From a virus (lineage: Duplodnaviria > Caudoviricetes), in the IMG/VR virus record IMGVR_UViG_3300050142_000050, positions 185,639 through 249,638 of that record: DNA of 64,000 nt; one strand, 5' to 3'. The first letter of the stretch is position 1. Every line of letters begins with the position of its first letter. Positions 17,633 through 27,397 of this stretch are shown here, piece after piece. The position numbers and the translations under genes were made by a program. The notes below the pieces were generated by a model. The model was given only the letters and a program-made list of their open reading frames with translations. It was not told the origin of the DNA and ran no database searches.

Positions 17633-18070
17633 ATGTCCAATGAAACCCAACTCAAGTTCGACATCGCGAATATCATTCTGGATATCCACAATGAAGACGC
17701 AGTCAGGCGCGCTCAAAAGCTTGCTCAGGAGAAAGAAGATGCTCGAAACTTAGAACTCTTCAAGACCACCGCTATCTACAAGGCTGTCGAAGACATCCAG
17801 TCTCGGGTGACGAGTAGCGAAGAAAAGTCGATTACTATCTCGCTCTTATTTTGGTCCGGTAGCGTGAACCTTACGGTCACCGTGTACACTTATCACCGCA
17901 GCTCTTCAGAGTCCTTCACCGCCATCTGCTCCGCGGAGGGCGAGGTTCATGATTTTACCACCCCCCTCGGTACCCCCATATACAGCAGTGATGGTAAAGC
18001 TATGGACTTTATCAAGCTTCTGGTGAAAACTCTCATGGAAAAGGAGCTCATCGCCGCCCCAGAGGGGTGA
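17633..18070 (+). CDS. hypothetical protein
   Basis: 145-aa ORF, AAGGA RBS. Confidence 0.75.
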   Translation: MSNETQLKFDIANIILDIHNEDAVRRAQKLAQEKEDARNLELFKTTAIYKAVEDIQSRVTSSEEKSITISLLFWSGSVNLTVTVYTYHRSSSESFTAICSAEGEVHDFTTPLGTPIYSSDGKAMDFIKLLVKTLMEKELIAAPEG

Positions 18071-18138
18071 CCTTTCCCATGGGTCGGTGTATTCGCATCG
18101 ACCCATATCTGCCCGCCGTTTTACAAAAAGGAATTCCC

Positions 18139-18531
18139 ATGCATTTCCTCGTATGGTCGATGATCATCTTTTACATCGGCAGTATTCCAGTGTTGCGCAA
18201 ATGGCAACGGTCCGATATCGTGGCGGTATTCCTCAACGAACTCATCATGATCGGCGTCATCACGATGTTCCGCAGTTACATCCTGCATTACCCTCCACTC
18301 GTTACCGAGATGGGTCTCTATCACCTATCCATCCTGATCACAGCAGGTTCGCTGGTATGGTCTCTACTGAACCTGATGACGTACGGGGCCACACTCCTAT
18401 TCGCACCCGAAAAATACGGTGACGACAAGTGGATCATGATGAGTACCAGCATATTGCTGACGATACTGTATTTCTGTGTCTATGATACAATCGGCTTCTT
18501 CCTCAGTACCGCGAGTGCTATCTACCGCTGA
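18139..18531 (+). CDS. multi-pass membrane protein
   Basis: ATG 18139 after AAGGA; about 4 hydrophobic segments. Confidence 0.7.
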   Translation: MHFLVWSMIIFYIGSIPVLRKWQRSDIVAVFLNELIMIGVITMFRSYILHYPPLVTEMGLYHLSILITAGSLVWSLLNLMTYGATLLFAPEKYGDDKWIMMSTSILLTILYFCVYDTIGFFLSTASAIYR

Positions 18532-18548
18532 TCCACGGAGACTTCATC

Positions 18549-18824
18549 GTGAGGAAGAGAAAGACGCATCGCATTCGACGAGTACTCCCCGAACCAGTGG
18601 TGGGGGTGAATGCTTACGCACTGGATGATGGGAATCATACCTACACCGACTCGGACGATCCTAACGATCTCCCGGTGGTGGGTTGGAGTGTCTATATGAG
18701 ATACTCGATATGTGGAGACCATCATGGGGCTTTTGCATTCAGAGACTTTGAGACTAAGGAAGAGGCTCTGGCCTATGCAAATGTACTGAGTAATCGGTAC
18801 AATGCTGAAATCAGAATCTACTGA
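18549..18824 (+). CDS. hypothetical protein
   Basis: GTG start after GGAG. Confidence 0.6.
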   Translation: MRKRKTHRIRRVLPEPVVGVNAYALDDGNHTYTDSDDPNDLPVVGWSVYMRYSICGDHHGAFAFRDFETKEEALAYANVLSNRYNAEIRIY

Positions 18825-18870
18825 CTATCGTCTTACATGGGTAGGAGGGATACTCCTACCCATCATTGAC
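18823..18870 (+). repeat. intergenic element copy 2
   Basis: GACTATCGTCTTAC-hairpin-CATTGAC. Confidence 0.8.
18837..18863 (+). terminator. hairpin within duplicated intergenic element
   Basis: ATGGGTAGGAG-GGATA-CTCCTACCCAT. Confidence 0.65.
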
Positions 18871-18894
18871 AGTAGTGTCACTAAGGAGAAGGAT

Positions 18895-19170
18895 ATGACG
18901 AGTCTCGCACACATCGAAGATAAAGACATCATCGCGCTTCTTGAAGCAGGTGATGGCGACATCGATACGGTGAAGGATATCTTCAGCCGCTCGAAGAATG
19001 CTTTGGATGAAGATCTGAAGAACACTTCGATCCCCTATCGTGTGATGGACAAGCGTACTGAGTTCATCAAGAACGCAGGTGAGGCTATCTCGTCCAATGA
19101 TACCAAGACTGCTGTCACCAGCCTCTTCGGTTTCTGGACCGATGGCGGCACCAACGTCATGCGTAAATAA
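18895..19170 (+). CDS. hypothetical protein
   Basis: ATG 18895 after AAGGAGAAGG. Confidence 0.7.
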   Translation: MTSLAHIEDKDIIALLEAGDGDIDTVKDIFSRSKNALDEDLKNTSIPYRVMDKRTEFIKNAGEAISSNDTKTAVTSLFGFWTDGGTNVMRK

Positions 19171-19191
19171 TCACAACTGAGGAGGTAGTAA

Positions 19192-19680
19192 ATGACTACC
19201 TCCTTTTCACATATAGAGGTCTATATGCTTTCACAATTCATGACCAGGCTGAACACCACCGCTCTCGCTCGTGAGGTTTCGGTAGCCGCATCCGATATGA
19301 GAATCGCTCATCTCGAGCGGATGCATCGTAGTAAGGGACGACCCATCGGGTCTTTCTTTAACTTCGAAGAGATGTGTGAGTATATCGAGATGAACCGGGA
19401 TGTGTCTCATCCCAATCTGGGTATCTGCTGTCGTCTCTGGTTCACAGCACCCAGTATCGGGATCTCCAATTCGATCCCGGTCTATTTCACAAGTGTACCA
19501 GCACTCCTTCCTCTTGCGGAAGACGGCCCTGGATACATCTTCACCGCCGTGGTGAGCTACCAGACTCCCGATGGAGCATTCCTCAATTACAAGGAATTCG
19601 ACATCAGGGAATGTAATCTGGTGGACTATTGCAAGATTGGTGATGGGGCTTTCTTCCCCATGGAAACCAGTCACGTCTGA
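19192..19680 (+). CDS. hypothetical protein
   Basis: GAGGAGG RBS. Confidence 0.75.
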   Translation: MTTSFSHIEVYMLSQFMTRLNTTALAREVSVAASDMRIAHLERMHRSKGRPIGSFFNFEEMCEYIEMNRDVSHPNLGICCRLWFTAPSIGISNSIPVYFTSVPALLPLAEDGPGYIFTAVVSYQTPDGAFLNYKEFDIRECNLVDYCKIGDGAFFPMETSHV

Positions 19681-19708
19681 TATTCAATATTCAAGGAGGA
19701 GCCTGAAT

Positions 19709-19951
19709 ATGGATCTGTACTTCATCCCAGCGATCATCTTCATCATCGGAGCATGTGTCTACTATCTCGGCTCCAACGCGAGGAATATTCGCAATCATCT
19801 CATCAGCGATCCTCGTTTTACCGACCTCGATCTCAAGACCCAGGAAAAGATCATCAACAACACCGATGGTCTCAAGGTCATGATGATCGGGAATTTTCTG
19901 ATCTCGAGTGGGGCCGTCTTGGCTCTGGTCATTTATCTCATCACCTATTGA
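19709..19951 (+). CDS. small two-TM membrane protein
   Basis: AAGGAGG RBS, ATG 19709; hydrophobic N- and C-termini. Confidence 0.7.
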   Translation: MDLYFIPAIIFIIGACVYYLGSNARNIRNHLISDPRFTDLDLKTQEKIINNTDGLKVMMIGNFLISSGAVLALVIYLITY

Positions 19952-19985
19952 TTCCAACTCGTCCTAGGAAGGAATACACCCTATC

Positions 19986-20048
19986 ATGAAACCCATTGAG
20001 AAGCTCATCGCTCACATCGTCGAGTCCATCCCTACCTGTACGTTGTGA
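19986..20048 (+). CDS. possible 20-aa peptide MKPIEKLIAHIVESIPTCTL
   Basis: AGGAAGGA upstream; fills the gap before the next ORF, whose ATG has no clear RBS of its own. Confidence 0.3.
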   Translation: MKPIEKLIAHIVESIPTCTL

Positions 20049-20054
20049 TCCATC

Positions 20055-20465
20055 ATGTACGACAGATCACTCATCGGTTTGATACCGATCATCATCTTCG
20101 CCATGGCTTCGTACGGGCACCTTAGACGTGCTCGTACTGACCATTCCATCAGTCTCCTCACTCTCACTCTGAGGTTGTTTGTCTGGGCTATCATCACAGT
20201 GGGAGAGGTATTCCTCATCCCGATTGGGGCTGAGCCTTATTTCACAATCATACTGGTGATTCTCACCATGTCGTTTATCGGGGAAATCAAAGCCGTATGG
20301 GGATCTGATGTGATCCTCGATTTCCTCCACAAGAAGCGCTACTTCGGTAGCAGGGTGGTCAATGTCATCTTGATCACACTGGTATTCTACGACCGACTGC
20401 TGGTGGGGATCCTTTCTCTACCATTCTGTTGGTCATATCACAGAGTGCGCAAATATCTCCGATAG
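20055..20465 (+). CDS. multi-pass membrane protein
   Basis: About 4 hydrophobic segments. Confidence 0.7.
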   Translation: MYDRSLIGLIPIIIFAMASYGHLRRARTDHSISLLTLTLRLFVWAIITVGEVFLIPIGAEPYFTIILVILTMSFIGEIKAVWGSDVILDFLHKKRYFGSRVVNVILITLVFYDRLLVGILSLPFCWSYHRVRKYLR

Positions 20466-20476
20466 ATTTCACGCAG

Positions 20477-20500
20477 GGTAGGGTCCGTGAGGACCCTACC
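20477..20500 (+). terminator. intergenic hairpin with GTGA loop
   Basis: GGTAGGGTCC-GTGA-GGACCCTACC. Confidence 0.7.
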
Positions 20501-20565
20501 TTGGTGTAATTTATTTTCGATTCCCATCGCGATTTTTTGACAATTAATCAACTCGGTTAGAATCT

Positions 20566-20581
20566 CATATTACCAGAGTGA
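20566..20581 (+). promoter_or_regulatory. phiKZ-type early promoter upstream of ligA
   Basis: CATATTACCAGAGTGAAG, intergenic, after a hairpin. Confidence 0.7.
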
Positions 20582-20605
20582 AGCCGGACATCTAAGGAGG
20601 TTGTC

Positions 20606-22702
20606 ATGATTTCTTTCCCACCTCATGGTCTATCCGGAGATGATCTCACTCAGTGGTACTGCGATAATGCAGACGCCATCCTGAAGGATCACTCTACCGA
20701 TGATCCCACTATCGAGAGTGTCACTCTTCTGACGGGTCTCGTTGCGGCGGCTAACACCCGCTATCGCAATCACCAGGAGTCTCCACTCGCCGATTCGGTT
20801 TATGATGCTCTAGTGAAGAAACTGGGCGTTAGTGATGATCTCCAACTCACCAAGGTAGGAGATGCTTCCATACGACACCTGGTGCAGATGCCCAGCCTCA
20901 GGAAGCTCTATAGCCTCGATAGGGGCTTATATCACAGAAGCCGGTCGTGGTACATAGATCCCAAGATCGATGGAGTGGCTATCTCGATACACTATCTAGA
21001 GGGCAAGCTCTTCATGGCGGCGCTGAGCGGGAATGGGGTCGTAGGAGATCTGATCACGGCACGTATCCTCAACATCCCCTTTGTACCCAATGAGATCTCC
21101 ACCAGTCATCCGATGAGTCATATCGAAATTCGTGGTGAAATCTACGTCACGCATGGTTCACTAACCGCAATCAACAAACTCATTGCGAATATCGATGGGG
21201 TCGATCCTTACAAGAATAACAGATCGGCAGCTGCCGGTATGATCAACACTATTGACAATGATCATTTCAAACCGTACCTGTCCTTTGCGGCATGGGACAT
21301 GATCATCCATCAGGGCTTTGATCCTTATCACACACGTGGTTCGAAAATGTCGGCTCTGGCTGAGATGGGATTCATCATCCCTCCATTGGCAGTGACCGCT
21401 ACGATATCGGACGAAGTCGACGAGATCGTGAGCGAGCTGGTCACTACGCGTTCTAAGATTTGGGATTTGGGTATACCCATCGACGGTTTCGTGTTCAAAC
21501 CCAATAGTTCCCGTGAATATGAATACTCGCCCATCACGAGCGAGACCGATGTACCCATGAAGTATCACCCAGTGGCCTTTGCTTATAAGCTCCCTAACGA
21601 ATGGGAAGAGAGCAAGGTCTATGGAGTCGACTACCAATTGGGCAGGACAGGGGTAGTAACTCCTGTGTATCGCATCGCACCAGTGATTATCGATGGTACC
21701 ACCATCTCGAGCGCCACTGGTCACAATGTCTATCACATGGAAGGATTGGGGATAGGCCCCAACAGTGAGGTCACTGTCGCTAGGGCTGGTGGGGTAATCC
21801 CTGCTATCCGAACTGTGAGGACTTCACCAGATGGCCCGTTTCCTATTCCGACCGATTGTCCCAGCTGTGGAAAACCACTGGTACGACTGGAGCGGAAGCT
21901 CTTGTGCCGGGAGTTCGATTGCAAAGATAAGTTCTATTCCTATCTGACCTATATCGTCAGTAAGGAATGCCTCAACATACCCGGTTATGGGGAAGTATGG
22001 GCCAGGAGCGTAGTCGATGATTCGATCACCCTCAATCAACCTCTGACCGGCAGTCGTGTCGCAGATTTGATCTTGGGTAATAACTTCCGATCGAGTACGC
22101 CAGTTCTCTCACTGGACAAGATGCGAGGTCCGTCGTTCACATGTCGGGAGATCGTCCTAGCACTCAACATACCCAATGTGGGTGTGGTGGCTGCCGACAA
22201 GATCACCAGTCTCGTCAATGGTGACACATATTCCATCGTGTCGTACTTGACGGAACAACCCGAGACACTCGAGCGTGCAGGTATTCCAATCCATGCTCGA
22301 GAGAGTATCGCTGAGTATTTCCAAGAGGGAAGCAAGACTCGGGTATGGGCCGAAGCCTTCATCCTCAGGTTGAGTGAACTCGGTGCTATCGAGATCATGA
22401 AACCTATCCAAAGGACGATGGGTCCTGGTGTAGTCGTCACTGGTAAATTTAGTGATGGTACAAGGGATACCATCAAAGAACTCATACAGAGCATGGGATA
22501 TTCCGTCACCAAGAACGTGAACCCTGCTACTAAATTCTTACTCGCTGGGGAAGACCCATCCCAAAAGAAGATCAAAGTCGCAAAAGATCTCGGGGTGACC
22601 ATCATTAACGATGGTGGCGGGAGCTACAAGGATGCCTTGGCTAATTGGGTCAAGGACGTAGGTAACTGGAGGACATCGAGCCTCCTGAGCCTTATCGAGT
22701 AG
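20606..22702 (+). CDS. ligA: NAD-dependent DNA ligase
   Basis: KIDG adenylation motif, EIRGE, DGFVFK, FAYK, GRTGVVTPV, RAGGVIP, C4 zinc finger CPSC...C...C, C-terminal BRCT (VVVTGKF...AGEDPSQKKIKVAKDLGV). Confidence 0.93.
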   Translation: MISFPPHGLSGDDLTQWYCDNADAILKDHSTDDPTIESVTLLTGLVAAANTRYRNHQESPLADSVYDALVKKLGVSDDLQLTKVGDASIRHLVQMPSLRKLYSLDRGLYHRSRSWYIDPKIDGVAISIHYLEGKLFMAALSGNGVVGDLITARILNIPFVPNEISTSHPMSHIEIRGEIYVTHGSLTAINKLIANIDGVDPYKNNRSAAAGMINTIDNDHFKPYLSFAAWDMIIHQGFDPYHTRGSKMSALAEMGFIIPPLAVTATISDEVDEIVSELVTTRSKIWDLGIPIDGFVFKPNSSREYEYSPITSETDVPMKYHPVAFAYKLPNEWEESKVYGVDYQLGRTGVVTPVYRIAPVIIDGTTISSATGHNVYHMEGLGIGPNSEVTVARAGGVIPAIRTVRTSPDGPFPIPTDCPSCGKPLVRLERKLLCREFDCKDKFYSYLTYIVSKECLNIPGYGEVWARSVVDDSITLNQPLTGSRVADLILGNNFRSSTPVLSLDKMRGPSFTCREIVLALNIPNVGVVAADKITSLVNGDTYSIVSYLTEQPETLERAGIPIHARESIAEYFQEGSKTRVWAEAFILRLSELGAIEIMKPIQRTMGPGVVVTGKFSDGTRDTIKELIQSMGYSVTKNVNPATKFLLAGEDPSQKKIKVAKDLGVTIINDGGGSYKDALANWVKDVGNWRTSSLLSLIE

Positions 22703-22729
22703 CAAAACAATATCGTTCGGGTCGCCTGG

Positions 22730-22761
22730 GGGATAGTGAGGAGAGCTTTTCTTACTATCCC
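22730..22761 (+). terminator. hairpin after ligA with G-U wobbles
   Basis: GGGATAGTGAGGAGA-GC-TTTTCTTACTATCCC; three G.T pairs. Confidence 0.6.
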
Positions 22762-22819
22762 TCAAGTAAACAACAGAGTAGAGCTATGCTGAAATCTATT
22801 TCGAGATCGGAATTCTATC

Positions 22820-23278
22820 ATGCCTACCCCCAACGAAGAAGGAAACCAGGACACCTTAACGGACGTCCACAGGAGTGATGACAGACAAGCCCACTGTGAA
22901 CAAATGCGAGATATATCGAGAAGGTATCCAGTAGGGGTAGTTATTCCACCGATCCAGAACGATGTGGACCCTATTGTGAACATCTTCCTGCTCTGTGGGG
23001 CAGATGTATCGGTCGGTAAAGATCATGAATACAGGCTCGCATACCTGAAGAATAGGGAACACTCTTTGAATGGGGAGTTCTTCTATAGTCCTGACAGGAT
23101 CATTGCGGTACCTAAGATCATCGCCAGTCATCACAAATTAGCGCGTCAATCAAACCGCATGGGGAGCGGTTTGGTTCGCTGTCGGCATAAACGCCTCTAT
23201 GAGGTATTGGCCTTCAATGCCATTTTGGGCAAGAAGAAGGGCAAATATAAAGACAAAAGAGCCACACGGGCTCGCTGA
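22820..23278 (+). CDS. hypothetical protein with basic C-terminus
   Basis: 152-aa ORF; RBS not obvious. Confidence 0.55.
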   Translation: MPTPNEEGNQDTLTDVHRSDDRQAHCEQMRDISRRYPVGVVIPPIQNDVDPIVNIFLLCGADVSVGKDHEYRLAYLKNREHSLNGEFFYSPDRIIAVPKIIASHHKLARQSNRMGSGLVRCRHKRLYEVLAFNAILGKKKGKYKDKRATRAR

Positions 23279-23296
23279 ACTAAGTTCCACAGGGGG

Positions 23297-23322
23297 ACAC
23301 AGGAGCCTCGCGGCTCCTGTGT
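23297..23322 (+). terminator. intergenic hairpin
   Basis: ACACAGGAGCC-TCGC-GGCTCCTGTGT. Confidence 0.65.
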
Positions 23323-23351
23323 ATGTGTGACTATTTGGAGGAGTATCGATT

Positions 23352-24023
23352 ATGACATCGACACCGTTTGATGAAGAAGGCGATCGCGCGGAACGCCTTG
23401 TCGATCCATTCGATATTAGGGTTAGGCGGGATCCAACCACTCGTATGGAAGAAGAATCACTTGTACGTCTTGGTATGGCGTCCATCGATGGGCATGCGTT
23501 TCTAATACTGGACCATGGAGGATCTGGTGTACGGAAACAGAGTTCCGCCGATTCGCTCGATGGGCTGAACATGCGTGGACGAATGATGCATATCAGTCAT
23601 GTGTTCTTCGATGAGAATGGGGAGCTGAAAGAATCCCCGCCTCTCGAGCCACTGGTGCTTCCTACACCGATGGATATCGACGTCTGGGCGAAGGAGCTCG
23701 AATCCTGGAAAGAGAGGAATCTCGGACCGGTTATCGTGATCGATAGTTTTGCCGGAGATTACTCTGACCCGACCAAAGAAATCCCTCCACTCACGACTGT
23801 GCTGCACACGACACCGAATGGGAAAACGACAACCGGGGCGTGTCGTTACGCTTTGGGAGAAGTTGGTATCCTGGATTTGGAATATATGACAGGCTATCCG
23901 GATCTTCATCCGATCACCAGCCTTAGAGTATTCGATAAGCCGGTGAAGTCTGATATACCCAAAAGGCACCATGATCACTTGATCAAACCGCATTCCAGTC
24001 GGCGTCATAGGAGATCAAAATGA
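23352..24023 (+). CDS. hypothetical protein
   Basis: GGAGGAG RBS. Confidence 0.75.
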   Translation: MTSTPFDEEGDRAERLVDPFDIRVRRDPTTRMEEESLVRLGMASIDGHAFLILDHGGSGVRKQSSADSLDGLNMRGRMMHISHVFFDENGELKESPPLEPLVLPTPMDIDVWAKELESWKERNLGPVIVIDSFAGDYSDPTKEIPPLTTVLHTTPNGKTTTGACRYALGEVGILDLEYMTGYPDLHPITSLRVFDKPVKSDIPKRHHDHLIKPHSSRRHRRSK

Positions 24024-24454
24024 ATATACCCAATCTCGATGAGCGATCCCATATTAGGGAAGACCCTATATATCGAATGACTATACTGTTCAACAAGGAG
24101 CTTTGTAAGCGTATACCAGACAGAACCAAGAATGGTGGCTCCAAATTGATCATCAAGAAGATCGAAGAGATGATCGAGTCTCGAGAGATCCTACCGCGTG
24201 CAAATTTCCAGACATTCCTGATGTCCGAGAAGTGGATGCTGGAGGTGACGAAGATCGGTAGTGAATATCCAGCGATCGCGTTGGCATTCATCGATATCGT
24301 TCCGGAGGACATTCACGAGACCCTCCCTAAGTCCACCAAGATCGAGACCTATGAGGATGAGACTCACGGAGTCATACATCCGATCAGTCTGACTCGATAT
24401 TGCGAACCACTACCCATCACAGATCAGAGTTCGGAAGCTTCCGAACAACTGTAA
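24020..24454 (+). CDS. hypothetical protein
   Basis: ATGA overlap, AGGAG RBS. Confidence 0.7.
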   Translation: MNIPNLDERSHIREDPIYRMTILFNKELCKRIPDRTKNGGSKLIIKKIEEMIESREILPRANFQTFLMSEKWMLEVTKIGSEYPAIALAFIDIVPEDIHETLPKSTKIETYEDETHGVIHPISLTRYCEPLPITDQSSEASEQL

Positions 24455-24505
24455 ATCATTTCCTATCTCAACCCAATGAGTATGGAACAACAAGGAGTAA
24501 ATACC

Positions 24506-25642
24506 ATGTCCTCTTCTGTAATTAAGCCCACCTTCATCAACCCCTCGAAGATCCCTACCGTATCTGACTGTATGATGCTTGTCATCGGGTCGTTCCATTA
24601 CTCGGCGTCGGGCACACTGTCGGTCGTCAGCGGTATCCTCAAGAGCAATGATGCTCATCAACCGATCGAGTTTGTCCTCGATCAGAGTGATGAAGCTCAC
24701 CCCATGCACGTATGTTCCTTCCGGCGCGGTGATCGCTTCGTCGTCGATCTCGTCTGGAATGGTGACGAATTCACCGGTGAGTGGAAGTTGACCTACCACA
24801 GCGGATATGTCGCAGAAGGTATGCTCAGTGTGGGTGACATCGTGGAAACCGATGAAGGTTTCACCTGTAATCCCAAGCGCGAGAGCGAAGTCTATGTCCA
24901 TCCCGAGACAGGTGAACTGTGCATCGGGTGCGATGATGGTCATCACAATCTCACCGGTCAACTCGAGGATGGTGTATATATCGGCGTATATCTCCGCAAG
25001 GAGAAAGTACCGCCCAAGTCGAAGGATGACTATTCCGATGCGGGTTTCCCCGAAGAAGAAATCCTGAACCTGGGTATGTCTCAAGCGGAGATCGAGGACG
25101 CAGTGCCCCTGAAGACACCCGAGGAGATCCTCGCGGAGGATGATGCTCCCGAGCTCAGTAAGGAATGGTTCGCCAATGCAGAGCTCAAGCATGGTGACGA
25201 AGTGATCCGTCCTTCCAGCAGAGCCTCCAAAGGTGAGGTCATCGACCAGCCTGTCAGGGAAGACGCATTGACCTTCCGTCCCGACCTGCGTTCTCCTGAC
25301 TTGGATGAAGTGACAGATCTCCAACCTGCGCTTTACGACGAGAAGAACCAATATCCTCTGGAAGTCGAGATCGTGCGAACCACCATCGCCGGTGGCGTCG
25401 CGACGATGGCTATTGTCATCACACCGACGGATGTACAGGCCGATCCGGTCGTCGGCTTGATCAAACTCAGTACTGCCGAATTCGCTCACCTCAAGGACCT
25501 CAAGAAGTTCAACGCGTTTGTGGATGGCTTTACCGGCCTTTGGTATATCGCCACCCCCAAGCAGGAGGAAACGCACAAGCCGACAGCTGTTCCCGATCGG
25601 AATGGATGTATCGACACTCTCGGTATCCGCAGCGGCTTCTAA
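24506..25642 (+). CDS. mosaic acidic protein containing a BrnA-antitoxin-like segment
   Basis: ATG 24506 after AAGGAG; internal DDAPELSKEWFANAELKHGDEVIR. Confidence 0.75.
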   Translation: MSSSVIKPTFINPSKIPTVSDCMMLVIGSFHYSASGTLSVVSGILKSNDAHQPIEFVLDQSDEAHPMHVCSFRRGDRFVVDLVWNGDEFTGEWKLTYHSGYVAEGMLSVGDIVETDEGFTCNPKRESEVYVHPETGELCIGCDDGHHNLTGQLEDGVYIGVYLRKEKVPPKSKDDYSDAGFPEEEILNLGMSQAEIEDAVPLKTPEEILAEDDAPELSKEWFANAELKHGDEVIRPSSRASKGEVIDQPVREDALTFRPDLRSPDLDEVTDLQPALYDEKNQYPLEVEIVRTTIAGGVATMAIVITPTDVQADPVVGLIKLSTAEFAHLKDLKKFNAFVDGFTGLWYIATPKQEETHKPTAVPDRNGCIDTLGIRSGF

Positions 25643-25660
25643 AGCCTACAATCACACAGG

Positions 25661-25688
25661 TAGTAGGGAGGCTCACGCCTCCCTACTA
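25661..25688 (+). terminator. intergenic hairpin (same TCAC loop as 4137)
   Basis: TAGTAGGGAGGC-TCAC-GCCTCCCTACTA followed by TTCTCTTTT. Confidence 0.7.
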
Positions 25689-25715
25689 TTCTCTTTTCAC
25701 ATAGGGGTCGAAACT

Positions 25716-26348
25716 ATGTCTGCTATCATCGTCTCGCCCACATGGGCAGCTTATGACCATTCCTCTATCGCAATAGTGGACTTCCAAGAGTTCCGTGTGG
25801 ATCTCAATCACCACAAGCTCAATATGACACCTGGCGGTGACATACTCTTTGGACAATGTGGGATTGATCGGATCACCGATACATCGAAAGAGTTCCAGAC
25901 CGATCTCCATAATACCTTGGCTTATTTCGCCATACTGTCACTCATCAATCCGTCCTCGGTTCGATATACATCTGAGTCCGATTCCATCCTGGCCAAACAT
26001 ATCAAGCGGTTCAGACACTTCATCCGTATACCCCAGGACGAGATGGTCGTCATCACATCTGCGGTGCGATACGTGATAAGTGCGCAAAAAGAAACTGCGC
26101 CCGATGCGATCGACATTACGATGATGGGTCAGTACTGGGGAGGAGGATCGGGTGGAGAGACCGGTATGGGCATGGCTATGGCCGGTATGGATCCTGAGGA
26201 TATATTCCACAAGCTCCATCATCTGCGCTATGGTGTCAGTAAGGAATTCTCCTTCTTCAATCTGACTCTCCGTCAATTCAGCTCGGCACACTACAAAGAG
26301 GCCAGAGAGGATCTTAAACATGTCATCCCATCCCTCCTCCCACAGTAG
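25716..26348 (+). CDS. hypothetical protein
   Basis: ATG 25716 after AGGGG; track ORF 25518..26348. Confidence 0.7.
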   Translation: MSAIIVSPTWAAYDHSSIAIVDFQEFRVDLNHHKLNMTPGGDILFGQCGIDRITDTSKEFQTDLHNTLAYFAILSLINPSSVRYTSESDSILAKHIKRFRHFIRIPQDEMVVITSAVRYVISAQKETAPDAIDITMMGQYWGGGSGGETGMGMAMAGMDPEDIFHKLHHLRYGVSKEFSFFNLTLRQFSSAHYKEAREDLKHVIPSLLPQ

Positions 26349-26889
26349 GTCCCTATTGGGCAAGGGTGATACCCTGTTAGTCACCCAGAAGATAGAGAAA
26401 GAAAACACATTCGGCCTGATCTATGCGAGTCATTTCGTGATCCGTGATGAGTGGTATAGTCAATATGGCCTGGCTATCCCCGTCAGACTCGATGACGTCC
26501 CTATGGATGTCATACTGGAGGGTAAGTACCCTCTGGCGGAACTCAAGTTGGAACATACCGATCCGGTACATCCCTATCTACTCCTCGATCATGACGGTAA
26601 GTTGTGGGGAGTCATCCTGACAGTCGACTCCGACGGTAGGGTCAGTAGGGATATGGTCAGTATCGATACCACCACAGACAGATGGTGGGTGAAGTCCAAC
26701 TCGATCACCGGTCCGGCTATGGGACTCTTGATCGCGAATGTGTCGCCTGATACATTCATCGAGAAGGCCTTGGTCCTCTATCCGACCACCCCGACTGAGG
26801 TTTTCTCTCTGACGAACCTCTTGGTGGAACTCCACGTCAAACATCCAACTACCCCGAAGGAGACAGAAGGAGATGGCAGCAGCAGTTAG
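26320..26889 (+). CDS. hypothetical protein
   Basis: GAGGA RBS, overlaps upstream gene. Confidence 0.7.
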   Translation: MSSHPSSHSRSLLGKGDTLLVTQKIEKENTFGLIYASHFVIRDEWYSQYGLAIPVRLDDVPMDVILEGKYPLAELKLEHTDPVHPYLLLDHDGKLWGVILTVDSDGRVSRDMVSIDTTTDRWWVKSNSITGPAMGLLIANVSPDTFIEKALVLYPTTPTEVFSLTNLLVELHVKHPTTPKETEGDGSSS

Positions 26890-27397
26890 ACATCCCACGT
26901 CTCAGGATATTATCGTCTCGACTCTGGTAGGCCTCCATAGTGGAGAACTCTCTTTCCCACTCTCCTTTCAATCCATAATGATGACAGGGGGTCGTAGGAT
27001 ACTCCAGATCCGACTCATTGACCAAATCATCAGCGATTTGGATGATGCGATAGGTCCTGATTTTTACAAGGATCCCCAGACCATATACCGAAAGGTGGTT
27101 TGGGATATCTTCTACAATGAGACAGAGGTAGACTTCGTGGTGGACATACCACTCGTCGAGCGATATCTGTCGGCATATGGCATTAAGGAGTGTAGTCTTA
27201 CCGATTACCTCTATGTCATTAAATTCTCCAAGTCCTATTTCAAACACGTTGTAAAACGTGGACAGTCTGAGTATTTCTTCGATACCAGACTGCGTTATAA
27301 GAACATACCCGAGATCGGCGACATGATCTTGGAGCGAATCGAGTATGTTTACCAATCACAAAAAAGGAGTAAGTTCCGTGTCCGAAGATCAAGATAA
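26873..27397 (+). CDS. hypothetical protein
   Basis: AAGGAG RBS. Confidence 0.7.
   Translation: MAAAVRHPTSQDIIVSTLVGLHSGELSFPLSFQSIMMTGGRRILQIRLIDQIISDLDDAIGPDFYKDPQTIYRKVVWDIFYNETEVDFVVDIPLVERYLSAYGIKECSLTDYLYVIKFSKSYFKHVVKRGQSEYFFDTRLRYKNIPEIGDMILERIEYVYQSQKRSKFRVRRSR

Noticed and set aside
22970-23030. IVNIFLLCGADVSVGKD resembles an ankyrin repeat
   Set aside because: Single partial repeat without the TPLH helix; likely chance
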